A DNA stretch of 64,000 nucleotides from Bacteroidota bacterium (lineage in GTDB: Bacteria; Bacteroidota; Bacteroidia; JABEUT01). The first letter of the stretch is position 1. Each line of letters opens with the position of its first letter. The stretch covers positions 6,011-70,010 of the forward strand of contig JABDGY010000002.1 of the NCBI GenBank assembly GCA_013285805.1, written 5' to 3'. Below are positions 1 to 9,769 of the stretch, in pieces. The translations under genes were made by a program, and so were the position numbers. Below the pieces are notes generated by a model. It saw only the letters and a program-made list of their open reading frames with translations, was not told where the DNA came from and did no database searches.

Positions 1-370
1 AAATGGCAAGGTAGCGTGTAAGGTTTTTAATAAGCACTATAACTATAAGGGCCACAGCTATTGCAATAAGTACGTATTGCCATCCATGAGTATCCATAAG
101 GTAAGCCACCTCATATTTCAAATAATCGGATATTGAATCACCGGAAAGTTTAAGCTCAGGACGGCCCGTGGCCAGTATTTTTGCCAGCTCCGTTTTATCT
201 GTTTTAAACAGCACCTGGGAAAAGGGAATTATAAGGCCTATTGAAAAGATATTCAAGACCATGGATATAACGTTGAACACTATGTTTAGAATAGCGTACG
301 ACTTATAGCCCTTTATATAACGAAGTATTTTGCCTAATCCCTTTAACATAAGTAATTTGCAAAGATACAT
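1..370 (-). CDS. ABC transporter ATP-binding/permease protein (MsbA-like); only the N-terminus is in the window and the gene continues past the left edge
   Basis: The reverse-complement translation reads MYLCKLLMLKGLGKILRYIKGYKSYAILNIVFNVISMVLNIFSIGLIIPFSQVLF.. and stays open to the window edge. This is a typical N-terminal TM1 region of ABC exporters. The start is ATG at 370, or the second Met at 349. Confidence 0.55.
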   Translation of the reverse strand, partial: MYLCKLLMLKGLGKILRYIKGYKSYAILNIVFNVISMVLNIFSIGLIIPFSQVLFKTDKTELAKILATGRPELKLSGDSISDYLKYEVAYLMDTHGWQYVLIAIAVALIVIVLIKNLTRYLAI

Positions 371-406
371 TGTTAATTTTATTACATTTGCACCCCATCA
401 GAAAAT

Positions 407-477
407 GGTCCTGTGGCCGAGTGGCTAGGCAGAGGTCTGCAAAACCTTGTACAGCGGTTCGAATCCGCTCGGGACCT
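407..477 (+). tRNA. tRNA-Cys (anticodon GCA)
   Basis: Hand-folded cloverleaf with a 7-bp acceptor stem (GGTCCTG/CGGGACC), D arm GCCGAGTGGCTAGGC, and an anticodon stem GAGGT/ACCTT whose loop CTGCAAA carries the GCA anticodon. The T arm is GCGGTTCGAATCCGC and the discriminator is T. CCA is not encoded. Confidence 0.85.
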
Positions 478-593
478 CACAAAAGGCGGTGTTCGAGCCA
501 AAGTTGCACCCCTATCAAACCTACTTTACGGTACAATATTTTTAACGATATTTATGTTCTTAAATTCAAGGTCAAACTAAACATTAATAAAAC

Positions 594-1661
594 ATGCCTA
601 TAAAACCCGGAATTTTAGTGGCTTTAATTGCAATATGTGGCCTTGGATGTGAACAGAAGGCAGCAACTCCACCAACAACTACAACCACAACGGCTAATAT
701 TAATAATACAATTGGTTACGGTATTCTTAACAGATTAAAAGGGATATGGAACGGCCCTGTAACTTCTACAACTCCATTGGGAGGTTATCCGCAGTGGATA
801 GTTGATTTCAGGCCTATTTCGAATAACCAGGTATCTGCAAAGAATGAATTAGACACTGTAAATAATATTTTCATGTCTTTTTTTATAGTTAAGTATGGTA
901 ACCAGTATGAAGTAGCGTTTAGAAATGGAGGGGAATTTAGTGGTTCGGAGCGTGTTTCGTATTTTTTGGTAGATAGCGTTTCAGAAACTTCAAACAATGC
1001 ATTTTATAGGTTTGCAGAAATAAATATTGGCTTAAAAAGAGCCTATACTGATATTATATTCAGATCTGACAGCCTTTACATATATACTTACACCAATAAA
1101 AATAATACTGAACCAACGCCAACCCCTCACATGACATGGAGTGCAAAGCTTCAGGACACGACTTCGTGCATGCCCGCAGTTGCCAAATTCAACTTTCCAC
1201 AAAAGGCAATGACAAAAGATTTCACTTCGACCTTTATTGGCCTGTTACAATCAATCTATTTTTCTGTCTCAGGTACCCCAGCGGGAGACCCGTACCCCGA
1301 TACCACACAACCTTACCTGGGGAAAACAACGGCTAGCTTTACATTTGCTTCATCATACAGTCCTAATCCTGCTAAGAATGTTTTCCTGATGATTACTACG
1401 CAACCCTTAATTTCAGGACTTAGTTTGAATACTGCTAACTTAATTTACAGATCTCGCTATGTTATCCTTTCCGCAGGCGATAATAGTTATACATTCACCT
1501 TAATGCATCCCGGCACCTATTATTATTATGCTCTATACGACAGTCTTGGTACCGGCACTTTTAGTCCCGGCGACTGGGTAAGTACATCTAACACTACATT
1601 TACTTTACCTGCCATGGGTACTGCAACAGTAACTACACAAATTAATTATACGCTCCCATAA
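594..1661 (+). CDS. hypothetical lipoprotein with a Thr-rich linker
   Basis: The signal peptide has a lipobox (LIAICGLGC) and is followed by a PTTTTTT linker. No recognisable catalytic motifs. Confidence 0.6.
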   Translation: MPIKPGILVALIAICGLGCEQKAATPPTTTTTTANINNTIGYGILNRLKGIWNGPVTSTTPLGGYPQWIVDFRPISNNQVSAKNELDTVNNIFMSFFIVKYGNQYEVAFRNGGEFSGSERVSYFLVDSVSETSNNAFYRFAEINIGLKRAYTDIIFRSDSLYIYTYTNKNNTEPTPTPHMTWSAKLQDTTSCMPAVAKFNFPQKAMTKDFTSTFIGLLQSIYFSVSGTPAGDPYPDTTQPYLGKTTASFTFASSYSPNPAKNVFLMITTQPLISGLSLNTANLIYRSRYVILSAGDNSYTFTLMHPGTYYYYALYDSLGTGTFSPGDWVSTSNTTFTLPAMGTATVTTQINYTLP

Positions 1662-1744
1662 TTGCTTATAAACCAGCTTATGCCCTGGCATCCTTTTAGT
1701 GCTAAGCAAACCTTTCTTATATTTGACCCGCAAACCCACATTTT

Positions 1745-2065
1745 ATGAAAAAGAGATTCAAGGCATTCAATTTCATATTTTTAATTATAGCTGCGCTTAT
1801 TGGCTTCACTTCCTGCCAAAAGGCACCAACTTCAACTTTCAGCTACAGCCCAGGTAGCCCAACCATAGGACAAACCGTTACATTTACTTATACAGGCTCG
1901 GGTGCAAGTACCTACCTTTGGAGCTTTGGTGATGGCAGTAATGGAAGCGGTTCACAAAACCCTACCTTTGTTTACACCACGGCCGGAACATATTCCGTTA
2001 CACTTACGGCAACTAATTCTGCAGGGTCTAACTCCACTTCGAATTCCATTACCATTAAGCCATAG
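1745..2065 (+). CDS. PKD-domain lipoprotein
   Basis: Lipoprotein signal (FTSC) followed by a PKD-like signature WSFGDGS...NPTFVYTTAGTYSVTLTATN. A TATATTTG -7-like box lies 20 bp upstream at 1718-1725. Confidence 0.7.
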   Translation: MKKRFKAFNFIFLIIAALIGFTSCQKAPTSTFSYSPGSPTIGQTVTFTYTGSGASTYLWSFGDGSNGSGSQNPTFVYTTAGTYSVTLTATNSAGSNSTSNSITIKP

Positions 2066-2286
2066 CTAATCAGTAGCAAGGCTTACACTGTATTTTAAAT
2101 AAGCGTGTTTCAGAGTTTACAAGTCTTTTTACGCCGTTCCGCCAGGGCATCAAGGCAAATAAGCATTAGAAAACTTTGTAAATGTAAAAACAAGGTTTTT
2201 ATTGCATATTTGCAATCAGGGTTAAGGTAAAATGCCCCGGGAACCGACTAAATACTTAGAGTAAGAAAACAACTTAAAATAACCCA

Positions 2287-2721
2287 ATGCAAAATTATCA
2301 GAACCACCGTAAACTTAAGCCTGAAACAATGGCCCATAAAACTTATTATGCAAGCGTAGTTAGTTTGTTCATCTTTTCAGTTGCCGACTTATGCCATTCT
2401 TTGTTTGTGGCTAACGGGCGCGTAACTGCCTTTTTATTCCTGTTAACTTCAATATCCCTAGTGGCTGCTTATTTCCTGTTCCGTTCCTTTTCACTTAAAG
2501 CCCAGGACCGTGCAATACGGGCAGAGGAAAATCTCCGCCATTTCGTTCTTACAGGAAAGGTACTCGATAAGGCCCTTACTATGCATCAGATTATTGCATT
2601 GCGGTTTGCCCCCGATGAAGAGTTTATTGGACTTACTGAGCGTGCCGTGAAAGAAAATTTAAGTAACGACGATATTAAAAAGGCTGTTAAAAAGTGGAAA
2701 GAGGATAACCACAGGGCATAA
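2287..2721 (+). CDS. hypothetical membrane protein with two TM helices; the start is probably Met at 2329
   Basis: Hydrophobic helices VVSLFIFSVADL and FLFLLTSISLVAAYFLF, then an 8-bp gap before the downstream HAD gene. Confidence 0.5.
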   Translation: MQNYQNHRKLKPETMAHKTYYASVVSLFIFSVADLCHSLFVANGRVTAFLFLLTSISLVAAYFLFRSFSLKAQDRAIRAEENLRHFVLTGKVLDKALTMHQIIALRFAPDEEFIGLTERAVKENLSNDDIKKAVKKWKEDNHRA

Positions 2722-2728
2722 GAACCAA

Positions 2729-3202
2729 ATGATTGAACTAACTATACCCGGATTTAATGACCACCTAAGTCTGACTGATTTAATTTTAGATTTCAACGGA
2801 ACCCTTGCTATAGATGGCAAGATGATTGATGGGGTAAAGGAGCGATTGGTTGCTTTATCAAAAGTACTTACCATACATGTAGTAACAGGTAATAGCAATG
2901 GAACAGCCGAAGAAGAATTAAAAGGAATTCCATGTAAAATTGCCCTGTTATCACCCGAAAATCAAGCTAAAGGAAAGTATCAATATTTATCGCACCTGAA
3001 TCCCGCATCGGTAATAAGCATTGGTAATGGAAGGAATGACTGCCTACTGCTTGAATCGTCGGCCATTGGCGTAATAGTTATACAGGAGGAAGGAGCATCT
3101 GTTGATACCCTGAGCCATGCCGATATTGTTTGTAACAGCATTATTACAGCCTTGGATTTAATAGTTAATGTTCGGCGCCTTACGGCAACTCTAAGAAGTT
3201 AA
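2729..3202 (+). CDS. HAD-superfamily hydrolase, of the soluble P-type ATPase-like (COG4087) kind
   Basis: Motifs LDFNGTL (HAD motif I variant) and IGNGRNDCLLL (motif IV, GDGxND-like). Confidence 0.65.
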   Translation: MIELTIPGFNDHLSLTDLILDFNGTLAIDGKMIDGVKERLVALSKVLTIHVVTGNSNGTAEEELKGIPCKIALLSPENQAKGKYQYLSHLNPASVISIGNGRNDCLLLESSAIGVIVIQEEGASVDTLSHADIVCNSIITALDLIVNVRRLTATLRS

Positions 3203-3300
3203 AGCAGGATTTAGAGATAGTTTATCATTCATCCCCTTTCACATAAGAATTTGCTATGTATATTTTTCAACGCTATGGTACTATCTATCAAACATAGCAA

Positions 3301-3702
3301 TTAACTTTCCATAACCTTCCTGCTTGCCGGCCTGAAGTACCAGGACAGAACAATAAAAAGAGTCTGAAAAAGTGGCCCGAGCATTGCTTTTAGGCCAAAA
3401 TCGCCAACTGCTATATGCGAAATAAGAGCGCCCGTCATAACGAAAAAGAAACCTGCATAGGCCCATTCTTTTAATAGTTTAAATCCCGGTAATAAGACAG
3501 CTATCACTCCCAGAATTTTCCAAACGCCAAGTATGGTCATAAAGTACATGGGGTAACCTAAAGCGCTTACCATGTCGACCATATCCTTTTGCCTGAATAT
3601 TTGCTGCAGGCCGCTTGAAAACATGCCCAGAGCAAATAATCCGGTAAAAATCCAATAGGTAATCAATCTCCCTTTGCCTTGTGGTTTTTCTATTGTTTCC
3701 AT
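3301..3702 (-). CDS. DoxX family membrane protein
   Basis: 133 aa with four TM helices and a DoxX-like composition (WIFTGLFALGMFSSG..GVWKILGVIAVLLPG). Confidence 0.7.
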   Translation of the reverse strand: METIEKPQGKGRLITYWIFTGLFALGMFSSGLQQIFRQKDMVDMVSALGYPMYFMTILGVWKILGVIAVLLPGFKLLKEWAYAGFFFVMTGALISHIAVGDFGLKAMLGPLFQTLFIVLSWYFRPASRKVMES

Positions 3703-3744
3703 TTTTTGTTTTTTAAGTTATTAATTTGTTTTCTATTGAATTTA

Positions 3745-4338
3745 CTAATCGTCAATTCCCTTTCCCATAAGAATCTGCTGCATATATTTTTCAACTCTCT
3801 CTTCCCGGGTTTTGGCCAATTTGGCTTGTGAAAAATAAAAAATATACCCTCTTTGCCGCCCCGGTGTCAATGCATAAAAAGCTTTTTTCAGGGCAGGGTT
3901 TTCATCTAGCTTATTCTGAAACTCTTCCGGGATTGCATATTCGGAAGCCTTTTTCAATGTCGCTTTTACTCCCGATTTTTCCACTTCAATAGCTTCTTTA
4001 ATATAGGCTTTCAGAGTGGGAGCAAGCTTGGTTATTTCCTTCACACTGGCAAACCGCACCTGCCGCGGCACCTGAACATTCGGTGTTTGTTGGATAAGAA
4101 TACCGCTTTCGTCCTTCATCAAAGCTCCTTTAAAAAACAAATAGGCGCAATACTCTTTAAATCCGTGTATAAGCACTATGTTTTTATCGCCCAAGGTATA
4201 GCAAGGGTTTCCCCATTTCAATTGTTCAGTCAGGCCACAATTAAGCGCTATAATTCTCAGTTTACTATATTCTTCCTGCCACTTGGTATCTTTATTGAAG
4301 AACCAGTCTACCTTAGGATTCATTTCGCTCTTTGCCAT
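3745..4338 (-). CDS. YdeI/OmpD-associated family protein (DUF1801-like)
   Basis: 197 aa; the C-terminus YALTPGRQRGYIFYFSQAKLAKTREERVEK is typical of the YdeI family. Confidence 0.65.
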   Translation of the reverse strand: MAKSEMNPKVDWFFNKDTKWQEEYSKLRIIALNCGLTEQLKWGNPCYTLGDKNIVLIHGFKEYCAYLFFKGALMKDESGILIQQTPNVQVPRQVRFASVKEITKLAPTLKAYIKEAIEVEKSGVKATLKKASEYAIPEEFQNKLDENPALKKAFYALTPGRQRGYIFYFSQAKLAKTREERVEKYMQQILMGKGIDD

Positions 4339-4344
4339 AGTATA

Positions 4345-4827
4345 TTATTTTAGTTTATTCATTATGTCCTGAATCCTGTCATGTGCCATAGTTAAACCTG
4401 GAGCAAAAGGTGTCTTCAATACCTGGTCTCTAATTGCCCCTGATTCATAAATTACATGCATATTAAGCCTGCTTGTATTGTCGGTAAGTTTTTCAAATTG
4501 ATAAATCTCCAACTGAACACCCAAGGGAGCATTCTCCATTTCGAATGTTCGGGTAATCTTCTGGTTAGGAACAAACTCATGAAATGCTCCATTTGCCTTA
4601 AATACAACTTTTCCATTTGCATCGGTCGATTCCTGTTGATAACTGCCATGCTTCCTTCCTTCAAACTTCAGCATTTTTGAAGTGGCATAAGGATTTGACA
4701 TCCATTGTTCAATAAGCCCGGGTTCAGCATGAGCTTTGAAGAGTAATTCCACCGGAAGATCAAATTCCCTGGTAATGGTTAATTCCTGTTTGCCGGGTTC
4801 GGCATTGATTTTTGTTTTCAGTTCCAT
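4345..4827 (-). CDS. SRPBCC / AHSA1-like (activator of Hsp90 ATPase homolog) domain protein
   Basis: 160 aa immediately downstream of ArsR. This pairing is common. Confidence 0.65.
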   Translation of the reverse strand: MELKTKINAEPGKQELTITREFDLPVELLFKAHAEPGLIEQWMSNPYATSKMLKFEGRKHGSYQQESTDANGKVVFKANGAFHEFVPNQKITRTFEMENAPLGVQLEIYQFEKLTDNTSRLNMHVIYESGAIRDQVLKTPFAPGLTMAHDRIQDIMNKLK

Positions 4828-4833
4828 GGTGTT

Positions 4834-5157
4834 TTATTTTTTGGGTTTATAATTTTTCATAACGGTTTCTAATTTGTTAAACCGGTCATCCCACATTTTG
4901 CGGAATGGCTCAATAAAAGCTGCTATCTCTTTCATTTTATCAGGATTTAATTGGTAATTTATTTCTCTGCCGTTCTGCTCTTGTTTAAGCAACTTACACT
5001 CGGTAAGTATTTGCAAGTGCTTTGAAACCGTTGGCCGTGCTGTGTTAAAATTAGCAGCTATGGCGCCTGCTGTCATCGATTGCGAAGCAACTAATAGAAG
5101 TATGGCCCTTCTTGTCGGGTCGGCTATGGCTTGAAATACATCCCGTCTTAAATTCAT
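4834..5157 (-). CDS. ArsR/SmtB family transcriptional regulator
   Basis: wHTH motif [13 protein letters not shown]...[22 protein letters not shown]. Confidence 0.85.
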   Translation of the reverse strand: MNLRRDVFQAIADPTRRAILLLVASQSMTAGAIAANFNTARPTVSKHLQILTECKLLKQEQNGREINYQLNPDKMKEIAAFIEPFRKMWDDRFNKLETVMKNYKPKK

Positions 5158-5253
5158 TACGTAGTTATTTGACTACAAATATATATGAAGTTATTTAACT
5201 ACATATATATTTTTTATCGTTTTATTATAAACCATTGAAAATCAGGGCATAAA

Positions 5254-7245
5254 TTACACCCTTACCCCTATTATTAATATATCATCTACCTGCTCAAGTT
5301 CGCCCTTCCATGCATTAAGGGTGTTTTTTAGAATGTTCCTTTGTTCTTCAACAGGCTTGGTTGAACCGGACAATAAAAGCTCCTGCAATTGCTTGTATTT
5401 AAACTTCTTACCCTTTGGTCCACCAAACTGGTCGGCATATCCATCGGTAAAAAGATATAGTGTATCACCTTTTTGAAGGGCTAAATTGTGCGTATTGAAA
5501 GGTACCGGTTTGTCAACCTTGCCGATAGGTTGTTTGTCTGCAGGCACTTCAATTATTTCTCCATCATGAAAATACCAGAGTGTATTATATGCGCCACTCC
5601 ATTGAACCTCTTTTGTTTTGGTATTGATACAGCATAGTGAAATATCCATCCCGTCCTGAACATTATCTTCACTCTTCTCGAAGGTTTCTAAAACAAGCTC
5701 TCGCACTTTGTCAAGTATCTTACCCGGCTCAGTAATTTTAAACTCCTTCACTGCTCTGTTTAATGCATTGCTGCATACTACACTAACCATAGCGCCCGGC
5801 ACACCATGCCCCGTACAATCGGCTGCAGCTATTAATACAATCTGTTCAGGATTATCTCCCGACGATAAATGTCGGGATGTCGTTTCACTCCACATCCAAT
5901 AGAAATCGCCCGCTACAATATCCTTTGGTTGGTATAAAACAAATGACTCGGGCAGGTACTTTGTAATCATGCTCATAGGCGGCAAAATGGCATCCTGCAG
6001 GCGCTTGGCATAGGTAATAGAGTCAAGAATATCTTTATTCTTTTCCTCTAAAACGGCTCTTTGTTGTTCTATAATGGTATTTTGCTTTTTTGTAACACGA
6101 AACCGGTTAGCAACAATAAGAAGGAAGCTTGTAAGAAGAATAAACCCGATTACTGAAAAGATTATAATTACTGTGTTTTTCTTTTTTTCAGCTTCGACAA
6201 TCATCTGCTGTTGATTCTCTTCTGTTTCCAGCGATTTTATCTGCAGCTCTTTTTTCTCAGTTTCAAACTCGGTATGCATAAGGTTAATCTGCTTCTGGTT
6301 CTCCTCATTATACACCGTGTCTCTTAATTCAATGTATCTATTCAATAATTCAGCTTGCTCTTTACTATTCTTTTCCATACCAGCTACTTTAGCCTGTGCT
6401 TTAATAACCTGCAGCTGGTAACTTTTAGATTGAATCTTTAATGCCATCTGGTAACTCAACTCTAAATACTGCCGTGCAATGACAGGCTGGTTCATGTTTG
6501 TATATTCAATGCCGAGGTTCAGGCTCGAAACAGATGTCATCTCATCATCGTGCACTTTTTGCTTTATTTCAAGGCACTGTTTCAGGTAAAATATGGCTGA
6601 ATCAGATAGCCCCATGTGCATATATGTTTCACCCAGGTCATTATATGAATCGCCTATGGCTGAGGTAATATCTAATTTCTTGCGCAGGTATATGGCTTTT
6701 TGCCTTATTGCAATAGATTTTGAATAATCTCTCAGAAAATAATAACAATTAGCAAGGTTATTATACGCACCGGCCAACACAGTATCGTTTTTAATTTTAG
6801 TGTAATATGTAATTCTATTTTCAAAACATTCTATTGCTTCATTATACTTGTTAGTTTGTAAATAAAGTAAGCCAAGTGTACCATAAGTGCGCATTTCCCA
6901 GTCTTCGCGCTTATTGGCTTTCGCAATATCTAAAGCGCTCTTAGCTTCACTTAATCCTTTACCGAAATCGCCGGTAACATACCTGGCTGAACTAAGTTTA
7001 ATAAATGACAGAAATAATCCTTTTTGATAATTCAGTTTCTCTGAAATTATTAAAGCCCGCGTAGCGTTTGCTATCATACTGTCGGGAGCATTCCATTCAT
7101 ATTCGCTGGCAATATTAATATAGGTAAGTACTTTACCCGTATCAGTCTTTTGATTCATTGAAACAATGTGAAGAGAATCAGGCGCAGCTTCTACCCATGT
7201 TGAGAAAAGCTGCATCAGCAGAAATATATAAATGACCTTTCGCAT
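5254..7245 (-). CDS. sensor protein with signal peptide, TPR repeats, coiled coil, one TM helix and a SpoIIE/PP2C serine phosphatase domain
   Basis: TPR-like repeats in the N-terminal half, a TM helix VIIIFSVIGFILLTSFLLIV, and a C-terminal PP2C region with motifs DIVAGDFYWMW, AADCTGHGVPGAMVS and DGYADQ. Confidence 0.85.
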   Translation of the reverse strand: MRKVIYIFLLMQLFSTWVEAAPDSLHIVSMNQKTDTGKVLTYINIASEYEWNAPDSMIANATRALIISEKLNYQKGLFLSFIKLSSARYVTGDFGKGLSEAKSALDIAKANKREDWEMRTYGTLGLLYLQTNKYNEAIECFENRITYYTKIKNDTVLAGAYNNLANCYYFLRDYSKSIAIRQKAIYLRKKLDITSAIGDSYNDLGETYMHMGLSDSAIFYLKQCLEIKQKVHDDEMTSVSSLNLGIEYTNMNQPVIARQYLELSYQMALKIQSKSYQLQVIKAQAKVAGMEKNSKEQAELLNRYIELRDTVYNEENQKQINLMHTEFETEKKELQIKSLETEENQQQMIVEAEKKKNTVIIIFSVIGFILLTSFLLIVANRFRVTKKQNTIIEQQRAVLEEKNKDILDSITYAKRLQDAILPPMSMITKYLPESFVLYQPKDIVAGDFYWMWSETTSRHLSSGDNPEQIVLIAAADCTGHGVPGAMVSVVCSNALNRAVKEFKITEPGKILDKVRELVLETFEKSEDNVQDGMDISLCCINTKTKEVQWSGAYNTLWYFHDGEIIEVPADKQPIGKVDKPVPFNTHNLALQKGDTLYLFTDGYADQFGGPKGKKFKYKQLQELLLSGSTKPVEEQRNILKNTLNAWKGELEQVDDILIIGVRV

Positions 7246-7474
7246 TAAATAGGCGGCTCTTTTTCTACGTTAATGTATAGCCGGCAAAGTTAATAATATC
7301 GAAATCAGTCATTTGAAGTAATATTCCCCTTTTGGAAGGCTTAGGGACACCTATGATAGAAAATACAAGAAACATTACCAAACTCAACAGAGCAAGGGAA
7401 AAGCTAAAACACACGCATAAATTGTAACTGAACGAAAGGGTAGAATACAATGCGAAAAAATATCTAAAAACTTT

Positions 7475-8272
7475 TTAATGCGTCACTATAAACTTACCGT
7501 TCTTAATCACCTCGTTTTGGTTTTTCAACACAATGCTATATAGGTATGTCCCTGTTGGCCACGATGAAACATCTAAATCAAGGGTATTAGTTTCAGCAAG
7601 CCCGTAAACAAAAAGCTGTTTACCGGTAACGGTATATATTTTCACGAGGGTTACAGTTTGCGGGGTCCGGTTAAACTGAAATTTCACATCATCATCGGCT
7701 GGCTGGGGAAATATTTTTAAGCCATCGGCCAATGCAGCGCCGTTTATTTCATTAATACCGGTAATTAAAGCCATAGTGGAAACGGGGTGTATTTCATTCC
7801 AGCAATGAACGGTATCATATATAAAAGTGCCTTGAATCAATACGTGCTCACCTATGTTTGGCAAATACACAGTATCGTTGAAAGTGCTACTGCACGCTGA
7901 CTTTTCAACTTTACCATCATAACCTGTATCTGTTGGGGTTCCTTTACATATTTCCTCTACGTTAAGGCACCCGGGAAACTTAAGTGTTGAATCGGTACCC
8001 AGGCATAATGCTTTATACGGAGCGGTACGGTAATTTACCATATAGGTATATGGAGCATCAGGGGTTGTATAAATATGGTAGTCGCCATCACCTGTAAGAA
8101 AAGGTGGGTCCAAAATGTCAATTGTAGCCGTTATCGTTACACAACTATCATAAATTTTCAACCTTTCGTTAAGGTAGGTATGGTGCCAGTACATGGTATC
8201 GCATAGCCCCTGACCATTAACATTGGAAAAAGCAATAAACAGCAAACCCACAAGAAGTAGAGTTCTTTTCAT
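7475..8272 (-). CDS. secreted hypothetical protein with a T9SS type-A C-terminal sorting domain
   Basis: Signal peptide plus the C-terminal module IFPQPADDDVKFQF...GTYLYSIVLKNQNEVIKNGKFIVTH. Confidence 0.7.
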   Translation of the reverse strand: MKRTLLLVGLLFIAFSNVNGQGLCDTMYWHHTYLNERLKIYDSCVTITATIDILDPPFLTGDGDYHIYTTPDAPYTYMVNYRTAPYKALCLGTDSTLKFPGCLNVEEICKGTPTDTGYDGKVEKSACSSTFNDTVYLPNIGEHVLIQGTFIYDTVHCWNEIHPVSTMALITGINEINGAALADGLKIFPQPADDDVKFQFNRTPQTVTLVKIYTVTGKQLFVYGLAETNTLDLDVSSWPTGTYLYSIVLKNQNEVIKNGKFIVTH

Positions 8273-8821
8273 AATAGAGTAAATTTAAATTACCAGGATA
8301 TTAAATAAGTATAAAACCGGACGCAATTTTATAAAACGAACATCAAAAGAAAGTCTTTTAAATGTTATCAAATTATTAATTAGATCGCTCAAGCATCAAT
8401 AAGAACAAGCGCCCCAAAGGGTTAACACTTCCAATAATTAAATGCAATTCATGCTTAATTTTTTTATAATTCTACATCGTTTAAGTTAAAATAATAATTC
8501 TTATTCAGCAGTTTGATTAGTAGCAGTTTAACCGCTAAAATTTAGATTTAGGCGCGGGCATCCTAAATAAGAGAGAAAAGGTTCAAACAAAAAGTTGTTT
8601 TTGGGGCTCTGTATTCAACCACCCGAACTTCTACTACAATTCCACCCGAATGAGATGGCTTTTTATCAGGACACATTAGAATGGCATTAGAAGCAGATTA
8701 AAACAGCATTAGAAGTGGCCCTAGTGATGTTAAAAGACGTTAACTGCTATTACTAAAGCAATATAGCTGATATAACTTTGCTTACGAACATAAATTCATT
8801 ATAATTCTATAATCAGATACC

Positions 8822-9622
8822 ATGAAAAAATCAACTATTAGCACTTATTGTTTTCTGATAACCTTTGGTTTCCTAACGGGTAAACTAATTGCACAGACCG
8901 ACACAATAGCTAAAAAAGGTTATCCAACTAAAATAGGTGGGTTCAGAATATCACTTGGCTTTGGATACAATGAACTTGCAGGAAGCGGTTTAAACGTACT
9001 CAATAGTCATTTGCAGGATAACGGGCTTGCTCCTGCGGCTAGCAAATATGCCACATGGAATTTAGACCTGGTACATTTAATCTACAAAAGCACCGTTTTT
9101 AACCTGGGTCTTGGCGGGCCAATTACCAAAAACACTGTTAACGATTCTTCTAAAACGGCCTTATCAGGGTTCTCATTTAACCTTGCGTTTGGCAGGGTAA
9201 TATATCATTCGCAAAAAGTACTTATTTATCCAATGGTAGGGGTTAATTTCGATGACCTGAATATTGATTCATATTATTCAGGGTTTAAATCGGCCAAAGA
9301 TATTTCGGGCACAAACAATTATACTCCTGTAAACCTTTCGCTAACCCTCGATTACTTTCTGGGTAAAATAGGCCATAATGTAGATTGGGGAAGGGCAACC
9401 AGTTTTCCCTTTTCATGTATAATTTCTTTCACTGTAGGGTATTCATTTTGCCCCACAACCACCTATTGGAACGACAATAATTTTGACATAACTAACCGGT
9501 ACACCCAAAATGTAAGTTACCCTGTAAACGTTATTGGAAGCCTAACCTACTCAAACTTATCTATGTTTTACGCAAGTCTAAAATTCGGATTCGGAATACA
9601 TCATACCTGTGAAAAAATATGA
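8822..9622 (+). CDS. hypothetical outer-membrane beta-barrel protein
   Basis: Signal peptide, alternating beta-strand pattern, and an aromatic C-terminus (..FGFGIHH). It follows a 540-bp AT-rich noncoding region. Confidence 0.5.
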   Translation: MKKSTISTYCFLITFGFLTGKLIAQTDTIAKKGYPTKIGGFRISLGFGYNELAGSGLNVLNSHLQDNGLAPAASKYATWNLDLVHLIYKSTVFNLGLGGPITKNTVNDSSKTALSGFSFNLAFGRVIYHSQKVLIYPMVGVNFDDLNIDSYYSGFKSAKDISGTNNYTPVNLSLTLDYFLGKIGHNVDWGRATSFPFSCIISFTVGYSFCPTTTYWNDNNFDITNRYTQNVSYPVNVIGSLTYSNLSMFYASLKFGFGIHHTCEKI

Positions 9623-9769
9623 TTCTGCGTTGCCCTTTTTCAGCTGAAAAACAAGAAGCATTTTTATTGAAGATGACCTTAATTTACATGCTGGCCTGAA
9701 AATGCTTATATTTACAAATAATTAGAAGCTACCCCTTAGCTGCATTACTTAAACAAATCTACAGATACA

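Noticed and set aside
370-603. 77-aa plus-strand ORF
   Set aside because: It overlaps the tRNA-Cys gene (407-477) and lies in a promoter region, so it is a spurious ORF.
7265-7450. 61-aa hydrophobic ORF between the SpoIIE gene and the T9SS protein gene
   Set aside because: It is short, has no recognisable motif, and lies in the likely promoter and leader region of the upstream gene. It is kept as unlikely but not excluded.
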